Origin: Octopus vulgaris
Taxonomy: Eukaryota
NCBI GenBank assembly: GCA_951406725.2
Contig: OX597832.1
Location: 46,624,001-46,688,000, forward strand
DNA: 64,000 nucleotides
Direction: 5' to 3'
In this document: positions 55,323 to 64,000 of the stretch, in pieces
Layout of the letters: each line of letters opens with the position of its first letter
Numbering within the stretch: the stretch's first letter is position 1
The notes under the pieces: model-generated
Told to the model about the DNA's origin: nothing
Databases searched by the model: none
The model's input: only the letters and a program-made list of their open reading frames with translations
Translations under genes and position numbers: made by a program

Positions 55323-55724
55323 TCTACTCAAGGCACAAGGCCTGACATTTGGTGGCAGCGAATTAGTCGCTAACATCGACCACAGTGTTACACTAGTATT
55401 TAATTTTTCGACCACCGCGCCCGCAAAAGAATGAAAAGCAAAGTCGACCTCGGCGGAATTTGAACTCAGAACGTATAGAAGGACGAAATACCTATTTCTT
55501 TATTACCCACAAGGGGCTAAACATAGAGGGGACAAACAAGGACAGACAAACGGATTAAGTCGATTATATCGACTCCAGTGCGCAACTGGTACTTAATTTA
55601 TCGACCCCGAAAGGATGAAAGGCAAAGTCGACCTCGGCGGAATTTGAACTCAGAACCTAAAGACGGTCGAAATACCGCTAAGAATTTTGCCCGGCGAGTT
55701 AACAATTATGCCAGCTCGCCACCG
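55321..55724 (-). mobile_element. SINE-B pair: Tx1-tailed copy (55493-55724) joined to an older copy
   Basis: Junction gacgaaatacc|tatttctttattaccc at 55492/55493. Confidence 0.88.
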
Positions 55725-55859
55725 TTCAATAATAATAATAATGATAATAATAATAAGGATGATAATAATGATGATGATGATGATGATGATGATAATATTA
55801 ATGATAACAACAACAACAACAACAACAAAAGCAACAATAATTACGCCAGAGCGAATCAC

Positions 55860-56180
55860 TGTACTGTCAAAATAATATCACGGTGCCCTGAAGCAGTTTC
55901 TCCTTGAAACTCCGACAGATTCAACTTCATTAAACTATGTTTCATACTCAATATCTATTGCTGCTACACAGACAAAAGGCGTCAAAATAAAGGAAAAGTC
56001 TCCCAGAAAAGGAAACAGACGGCCAAGGTAGATAAAGCGCATTAGAAATAAGGAAATTAAGAGCTTCCGATGGGAATTATCGATCTTAGACGAAGTCTGT
56101 AAAGGAAATAGTCTAAAGACGAGAATGGCTAGGAAGATGAAGTAAAAGGACAATCTGATAAACATTAATGAACTCGTGAG
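55860..56180 (+). mobile_element. Possible R4/Dong-type N-terminal ORF remnant
   Basis: PR*IKRI...IKSFRWELSILDEV.KG resembles the P.W..RI...I..LR.ELS.L segment of R4-clade ORFs. Confidence 0.35.
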
Positions 56181-56639
56181 AGGGGTTCGGCGACAGACAC
56201 CGACAGAATTAGCGCCAACCTTCAGCAGATAAGTACCGGAGTCGATTTATTCTCCTAGCAATTCATCAAGCTGGTGCCCCAGCGAAGCCGCAATCTGATG
56301 AGTAAAACAAAATGAAAGATAACTAGGGGTGTAGTGATTTACACACACCTTCATACACGCACAAATTTTGACAAGTTGTCAAGTAATGGTGGGTGCACAA
56401 ACACAGACACACACTTACACACACACAAAAAAAAAATACATGCATATATATATATATATATAGTAATATAATAAGATTAACATTCCAATTAGTAATATAT
56501 TTTGTATATGTGAATTACAGGGATATGTCGTATGTGGAGTCTCATTTATAGAAAATAGGAATAAACAGTCTTTGACTGCTATTTCTAATTTTTTCGGTAT
56601 GTGGCTAAGCAACCTGTTGCCTGCCTCTTTTATTTATAT

Positions 56640-56675
<36 letters not shown>

Positions 56676-56728
56676 AAAAAGTAAAAGTGTCAAAAGGAAG
56701 AATAATTATGGTTAGCCAGGTTTTTAAT

Positions 56729-56850
56729 CACTACAAATGTTACGATATATATACGGATCCTCGTATATATACAGGGTTTAAAGTTTAATTTAAATTAAAT
56801 TATGTAACGATTTACCTGTATGAGAAGATCTATATGTATCTCCTCATGCC
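56729..56850 (-). ncRNA. Decayed long-stem-II hammerhead motif
   Basis: ATGAGGA-gatacatata...gatcttc...atacagg/cctgtat...gaggatc...tatatatatc-GTAA-catttg-TA; two core substitutions. Confidence 0.4.
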
Positions 56851-56932
56851 ATACTTAGTTAATGTCTCCGTAAGTAAATCTAGATTTCCATACTAGAGCA
56901 TCCATGGCTTCTTAACAGAACACACCTCAATT

Positions 56933-56982
<50 letters not shown>

Positions 56983-57083
56983 ATGTGTGTGTGTGTGTCT
57001 GTGTCTGTGTCTGTGTCTGTGTCTGTGTGAGTGTGTGTGTGTATGTGTGTCTGTGTGTGTGCATGCGTGTGCGTGTGTGTGTC

Positions 57084-57998
57084 TATAAAGGTTGGCTGAA
57101 AAGTAAGTAGGCATTAAAAATTGGTAATAATATCGATATTCCTGTTACAAATTTATTGAAACAAATGATACATGTTCTTTATTACATGGAGAAATGTAAA
57201 CAAATCTTCATATTTCAACGTAAGCACCGGTGGCGTCAACCAGTTTCCTGAAACGGCCAGGGATGGAATGAACAACCTTCTGAAGAACGTCGTCTGGGAT
57301 ATCATTGAGAACCTCCTGTGTCTCCAAGCCCTCCAGTGTGCGAGGTTTTGTCTTGTACACCTTTTTTGTATAACCTCACTGGTAAAGATCACATGGAGGA
57401 AGGTCTAAACTCTTGGAGTCTATTTCATATTTCACTCTGCAGTCAGTCTTCAGGTTTTGGCTCCTGCACGTAATGGGGTTTTCACCGACGAAAATTCAAT
57501 TCTTTATGCAACACCATACGTATTATGTAACTTGTTAGTTCACTTTCACGAGCTGCTTGACATGTTGATTTTTGCGGACTGCGATTAAACATTTCCTGAA
57601 CTGTTGCCACGTTCTCTGCCGATCGGGATGTGGTTAGCCTGCCACTTCTCGCATCGTTCACAGAGCCCGTGGTCATCAGCTTTGCATGACAATTTTTATC
57701 GTCTCCGGACGTAGTGTTCTATGTTTATCTTTCTATGCACGCAACCATCTCTGAAGCCAAACGATGGAATTCCACAATTCATAGTGTACTACTATCTTAG
57801 CTGGCTCCCGAGTAGTCAAGCAACCGGCAATCTGGAAAATACGAAATAAAATAATAAGACAATAATAAAATAAGAAATAAGACAAGAAAATAAGAAATCC
57901 CCATTAGTATTGTCTGTTTAAAAAAATGTTTTCGTCACGTCTCCAGTGATACTAAAAATTATATAAGAAATTTCTAACGTCTTGTTATTTCTCACCCT

Positions 57999-58005
<7 letters not shown>
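57084..58005 (-). mobile_element. Deleted Tc1/mariner-superfamily transposon (rosa/maT-like)
   Basis: TGSVND.RSGR.TT.RS.EN...SPQKS...MVLHKELNF...VQE and VYKTKPRTLEGL...IP...LQKVV.SI..R...V...G..VE; degenerate TIRs with TA. Confidence 0.8.
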
Positions 58006-58032
<27 letters not shown>

Positions 58033-58582
58033 GATGGGCTTCTTTCAGTTTCCGTCAACCAAATCCTTTCACAAGGATTTGGTGGACCCGAAGCTATTGT
58101 AGAAGACACCTGCCAAAGGTGACACACAGTGGAATTGAACCCGTAGCTTTGCGGCTGGAAAGCAAGCTTCTTACTACACAGCCATGTCTATATGTCTATA
58201 TTTCTATACTTATATATACATATATATATATACATATATATATACACACATGTATATGTCTGTATGTTTGTGTATGTATGATGTGGACGTGAGTGGTGTG
58301 TATACAACATACACGCTCTTGAAAAGGCTATATGCAGAAAAAAATTTGGCTGGAAGCTATTTTTCACCTTTGTTTACGAATAAAGCATGCTACCATTATT
58401 TCTACATTTTCTATTCCAAGGAAAAAATATTTTTTCCATGAAGGATTATTTTTTCAGGTAAACAAACATCGTGACGAATCCACTAATAATGATGATGATG
58501 ATGAAGATGATGATGATGATGACCATCATCATCATAATAGTAAGAATAATGATGATGATGATGATAATAATAATAATAATAA

Positions 58583-58618
<36 letters not shown>

Positions 58619-58626
58619 TAATAATA

Positions 58627-58627
58627 A

Positions 58628-58662
<35 letters not shown>

Positions 58663-59045
58663 AGAAGAAGAAGAAGAAGAGGATAAAGAAGAAAAAGAAG
58701 AAGAAAAATGAAGAAAAAGAGGAAGAAGAAGAAGAAGAAGAAGAAGAAGAAGAGGATAAAGAAGAAAAAGAAGAAGAAAAATGAAGAAAAAGAGGAAGAA
58801 GAAGAAGAGGATAAAGAAGAAAAAGAAGAAGAAAAATGAAGAAAAAGAGGAAGAAGAAGAAGAGGATAAAGAAGAAAAAGAAGAAGAAAAATGAAGAAAA
58901 AGAGGAAGAAGAAGAAGAAGAAGAAGAAGAAGAAGAACATGATGAAGAAGAAGAAGAAGAAGAAGAAGAAGAAGAAGAAGAAGAAGAACAACAAGAACAA
59001 GAACAAAAACAAGAACAAGAACAAGAAGAACAAGAAGAACAAGAT
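58627..59045. repeat. Polypurine (GAA)n tract with higher-order repeat
   Basis: Four copies of gaggataaagaagaaaaagaagaagaaaaatgaagaaaaagag separated by variable (gaa)n. Confidence 0.95.
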
Positions 59046-59720
59046 CACAAATGCATAGGACGAGAAGGCGTGTTAAAGTTGATTGAAATACCCACATTAT
59101 CTAACTTAAATTTAATTAAGATATATTAATGTTTTTATATGCATCGTAAAAGACAAAGCCTGAAACTGACTACGATATTTTTAGAACATTATCGCTACTT
59201 TCATTTTCAGCTGAGTATGGGAAATAACTCTGAGCAATTTTCAGCCTTATTACAACCTCCTTATCGAATGGCAGATTTGCATTCACAGTAATGATGGGAT
59301 ACTTTTTTAGCCATGATTTTCAATCTTTCAAACCGGGAGTATTATATCAAAAGCTGAAATATCTTTAGAGGGTGATTCTTTTCTTATCCTCATTAAATCC
59401 TTTTACTGCACTGCTAGTTACTTCTCAGAATGTTCTGACCAAAACGACAGGAGTGACAATTGAAGAATTTGCTTTACATCAAGGATTTTATAAAACGCGT
59501 TTATTTTTCTTTCATTCTATATGCTTATGTATTTTTTTTACTACCTGCCGTGTCAACCCCTCACTGGCGTACTTAATTGCGTACAATAATATATTCAAAT
59601 GATGGTAGCATATATCAAGTGCCAGTGAAGTATTTTCTCTGGGGAAATGTCAAACGCAACAAGAATCTGGTTGCAATTTATCTCGAAATATAAATGAATG
59701 GCAGCGAAATCTTCAAGACT

Positions 59721-59850
<130 letters not shown>

Positions 59851-59899
59851 ATGATTATATAAATATAATTATATATATATATATATGTATGCATGTATG

Positions 59900-59936
<37 letters not shown>

Positions 59937-60091
59937 GTATATATAAATATATAAATATATATATATACACTCATATGTATATATATACATCTACACATAT
60001 ATATGTATACATCTACATAATTTATATGTACATATGTATATATATGTATATATATACACACATACAAATATACATGCAGATACACGTAGGC

Positions 60092-60132
<41 letters not shown>

Positions 60133-60588
60133 AATATATACACTGTATATATATATATATATATATGAATGTATGTATGCATATATATATATATGTGTGT
60201 ATGTATATGTATGTGTATATGTGTGTATGTATGCATGTATGTATGTATGTATGTATGTATGTATGTATGTATGTATGTATGTATGTATGTACTTTTATAT
60301 GTTCCAGCCTGTGCACGATCCTGAATAATTAAACGGTGTATACATTTAGAAATTGATTTATGTTTCAGTTCGTAATGTCAAACTGACATTTCCTGAACGG
60401 TACGTATTTCTGTGAGCTATTGATATTGTATATAAGAATTTAATAATGTTTCATTGGATCAAATAAAATGCGCACGTATAGGTAGAATATTTGATGCAAT
60501 GCCGGTAAAGATCTGATGGAGAAATGTTATACGTGCGTAATCAGCACGATGTATTAAACTGTATCTAGAAAATCCATGATTTAAAATT

Positions 60589-60950
60589 GAGTGGCTGTGT
60601 GGTAAGTAGCTTGCTTACCAACCACATGGTTCCGGGTTCCTTGGGCAAGTGTCTTCTACTAAAGACTCGGGCCGACCAAAGCCTTGCGAGTGGATTTGGT
60701 AGACGGAAACTGAAAGAAGCCCGTCGTATATATGTATATATATATATGTGTGTGTGTGTGTTTGTCCCCCCAACATCGCTTGACAACCGATGCTGGTGTG
60801 TTTACGTCCCCGTAACTTAGCGGTTCGGCAAAAGAGACCGATAGAATAAGTACTGGGCTTACAAAGAATAAGTCCTGGGGGTCGATTTCCTCGACTAAAA
60901 CCGGTGCTCCAGCATGGCCGCAGTCAAATGACTGAAACAAGTAAAAGAGT
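60589..60950 (+). mobile_element. SINE-A with B-box deletion
   Basis: ggttccgggttccttgggcaag lacks agtcccactgcgtggcac. Confidence 0.92.
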
Positions 60951-61548
60951 ATATACAGGTCATACTAAGGAAATTATACAGCAGATTACAATATTGTCGG
61001 CTGCAGGTGTGTACGTATGTATAGATATTTGTATACACGCACGTAAATATAAATAATGACTTTTTAAATATGCACACGGAGAAACATACTCTCTCATATA
61101 CACAAAATTCAATATGGCTTACACCTGTGCATATATGGATATATATGTGTCTGTACATATATATATATATACTTGACACACATCCACACCTGCTCACACG
61201 CGCACACAGACATATACATATGAATATACGTAATCGTAATTAGAATGTTCTACATGTATAAATAAATTCTAATTAGCACTTGCATAAATTTAAGCAATAA
61301 AAATTCTCCATAACGTCAAATTACCACAACCTACCATACATCTTGATTATCATTCAACAGAATTCAGCTTAGCCTACAAGATTCTAACCTATCAGAATCT
61401 ATATAAATTAAGGATGAACTCAACTGCCTCGCCATCCGATGATAGCTTAGCTGGCCAAAATTTTATATTTAAACTGTTAAAGAATAATAAATTTATACTC
61501 TACCAAATGTACTGAGTATTCCTTCAGTTTAATTCAAAATTGTTTCGT

Positions 61549-61790
61549 TTACTTTAACTTGTGACTCTTCATATGAGTCCTGAGGCCACCAAAATTAAAA
61601 TATAAGATATGAGAATAATCATGAATTATTAAACCAGCACGTGATCTAGCTGAGAAATCACAATGTGGACTATGCTGGTTTGCAGGAAGAATGTTGCTTT
61701 GTTGGTGTCTTTTCTTGTTTTCTCGTAACCGTTCTTCAAGTTGTACCATTTGGGTATCGAAATTCTGAAGCTGATGTTAGTACGTATATC
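61549..61790 (-). mobile_element. Degenerate RTE-like LINE 3' end with C2H2-like remnant
   Basis: PHCDFSARSRAGLIIH...GGLRTHMKSH resembles the RTE C..C...SRIGL.SH.R.H terminus. Confidence 0.5.
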
Positions 61791-62532
61791 TTGAATGGTG
61801 ATTATACTTACAGTGCAAGATGAACTTTTGTATAATAGTCACAAGACAGTAATATTCGACGAATAGTTTTACCAATTCGTATGTACAAAGCTCACGTAAA
61901 TAACAATTTCAAAAGATTATACGCACAAGTTTAAATGGGTGCAATGGATAAACTAATGATTTCTTGCCATTTGCACATGCATTAGTACTAGGGTGTTATA
62001 TTTGGATTCTTGCAAAGTTAGCAAAGTTTTCAAATGGTTTACTGTTTACTAAGTTTTATGTGTAAGAGATAGTAAGAGTATGTTACCATATAAGGGGAAA
62101 ATAATTCCGCAAACCTTTTCCCAGATGTCCGTAATACTGAGTTATCATGTTCTTTCATTACAAAACTAAGAGTTGGAAAATGTGAAAATCCTACAGTTAT
62201 CGCTTTAGTCAATATTATTTCTTTTGAAAATCTAGTTACACTAAAGATGTATTTCTAGATGAGATAGCTTCAGAATTCTGTTTGCGAATTATTTCTTCTC
62301 TTAAACTGACTCCCTGAACATACATTAGAAGACATAAGACTATTTTAAAACTTTAATCATTCCTGGAAGTTGAAAATTAATTATAACTCCCTGACAAAAA
62401 CCATCCCCCAAACAAACATATCCATGGAACTTCGTGAATTGTACCTGGACACGTAATATTTTTGTGGTGTTATAGCCAATCATTGACTCGTAACATGTGA
62501 TACTCTATATGTATATATGTGTATATATATTT

Positions 62533-62690
62533 AGGGAGAGTTTACGAAAAAAACAAAAGACGAAGACTGGTGGTGTACAAAACAAACATATGTATTAGTA
62601 TAACGCTCAGGAATAGAAAAAGTCTTTTACGTTTCGAGCCTACGCTCTTCTACAGAAAGGGACACAGAAAAACAAGGTGAGAGAATTGGT
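62533..62690 (-). mobile_element. Family F copy, best preserved
   Basis: Matches 14325, 42778 and 49438; ends at (TA)n. Confidence 0.8.
62624..62659 (-). ncRNA. Minimal hammerhead-like motif with A6U core variant
   Basis: cttt-CTGTAGA-a-gagc-gtag-gctc-GAAA-cg-TA-aaag; stems I and II fully paired. Confidence 0.6.
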
Positions 62691-63104
62691 ATGTGAAAGC
62701 ACGTGGTTGGATGTATAAAAGACAAAAAAGTGAAAAACTACAGAAGGTTTGCGTTATATGGTTAAAGAATATATTTAAATCGTTATGTTAGAAAATTGTT
62801 ATAAAATTTTGCATATAGTAACATAGTTTTGGGGAAAATAACCGGTTTCGTATTTTCTTTTCAAATTTCTCCAACTTTTTTACCTATATCGTGTCATGTC
62901 TTCGCTATGTTGCGAAATATGGAATTCAAGGCAGGGGAAGGTAATCAGGAAATTTTCCGGTATAATGGAGATAATCAAATATGTTGGGAATGACTAGGCT
63001 TGATTAATTTAACATGATTTGCTTTAGAAGGAATAGAATGTTACAAGTGGTTAGGTTTTGCTTTATATTTTTTTCAATGAGGTGAGTTTCTTTATTTAAA
63101 AATG

Positions 63105-63390
63105 TTAGAAATGGTTAAGTTTTGGCTTATATTTTTCAATGAAGGTTTCCTTATTTAATCTAACTTGTGTTGGTGTTCCAATGGCACATTGATAGAATGG
63201 AAAGATTATAAATTGTGGTAGCAGTTGCTTTGCGCATTTCTCAATATGTTCACTAAAGGGTATCATTTTGTATTCTGGGAATGCAATCTGCTGTCGATGC
63301 AGCGTGCATCTGCGTCTGAGCGATAATCCCGTGGATCCTATGCATTTTTGGTGGCAGCTTTGGGTCTTACTGACACAATTACCTCTCACA
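63105..63390 (-). pseudogene. Penelope-like GIY-YIG endonuclease C-terminal fragment
   Basis: SCHQKCIGST..SLRRR.TLHRQQI..P.Y...P.SEHI..C...F.IFPFY...R..KE.FI.KYKPKLN; 5' end lost at (AG)n/(TA)n. Confidence 0.85.
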
Positions 63391-63392
63391 AC

Positions 63393-63431
<39 letters not shown>

Positions 63432-63796
63432 AAATGAGATAGGGGTTGAAAATTCAACCCACCATGGGATAATATATATCCAATATACTGCTAGATAGGT
63501 ACCCAACAAAATTAATACATAGATGTTAAAAATTGTCAAACAATCAGTTCATCTATTGTATTAAATGGGTAAAGGTAATAATATTACCGTAAATTAATAC
63601 TACAAAATTAGAGAATGGAGAAACATACTTAAATCAGTAAAACATCAACTATCCGATGATACTCAATCCATACTTTAATACACCATTACATATGAGTAAA
63701 GGCAATATATAAAATGAAATGAGGTATACAGTAATAGTAAAAAGATAAAGAGATATAAGTAAAAAATTTCAAATATAATATGCAAATAAATCAAAA

Positions 63797-63904
63797 CTGA
63801 CAGCTGTTTCGGCAGTGAGGACAGTCATACTTCATTTAACCTATAAGCCATAAAGGCAGGTATAAATGAGGCATTAACAAGGATGCCCCACGGCCTCTTC
63901 AGAG
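63797..63904 (-). ncRNA. Type I hammerhead with intact core and 85-nt stem II, in a pLTR-like element ending at (TA)n near 63430
   Basis: ct-CTGAAGA-ggc.gtgggg...tcattta.acct...aggt-taaatga...cctcac.gcc-GAAA-cagctg-TC-ag; stem I only 2 bp. Confidence 0.72.
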
Positions 63905-64000
63905 AATTAAATTAAATTTGTTATAATAGTGAAAAATATTATATAATCATATACATATAAATATAAAAATATAAAAATGTAAAATATAAAAACTTATACA

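Noticed and set aside
58332-59129. Glu/Lys-rich protein ORFs
   Set aside because: Translation of the (GAA)n tract.
62838-62950. Hammerhead expected 3' of the GIY-YIG fragment (cgaaaccggtta on the minus strand)
   Set aside because: 3' half fits, but the only 5' candidate is CTGATTA with no convincing stem II.

Overview
AT-rich, microsatellite-dense eukaryotic DNA with no recognisable host protein-coding gene, rRNA, intact tRNA or CRISPR array; most ORFs in the track are microsatellite translations. The repeat content (several tRNA-derived SINE families, abundant (TA)n/(GATA)n/(AAT)n) resembles an Octopus-type cephalopod intergenic or intronic region (inference). The window is a mosaic of SINEs (labelled A-E here), truncated non-LTR retrotransposons (RTE, Tx1/L1, R4/Dong RLE-type, Penelope GIY-YIG), Tc1/mariner derivatives and a non-autonomous Helitron. 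Main observations: (1) about a dozen minimal type I hammerhead ribozyme motifs from several unrelated Penelope-like pLTR families, with recurrent core variants (CCGAUGA, CUGUNGA) and long stem II forms; (2) a tRNA-headed SINE-like element ending in a hammerhead motif; (3) a SINE-B subfamily whose 3' tail matches the 3' end of a local Tx1 LINE and which is joined to other SINE-B copies at the same nucleotide three times, suggesting self-targeting; (4) a Tx1 found only inside (GATA)n. Coordinates were read by eye and repeat edges are approximate.
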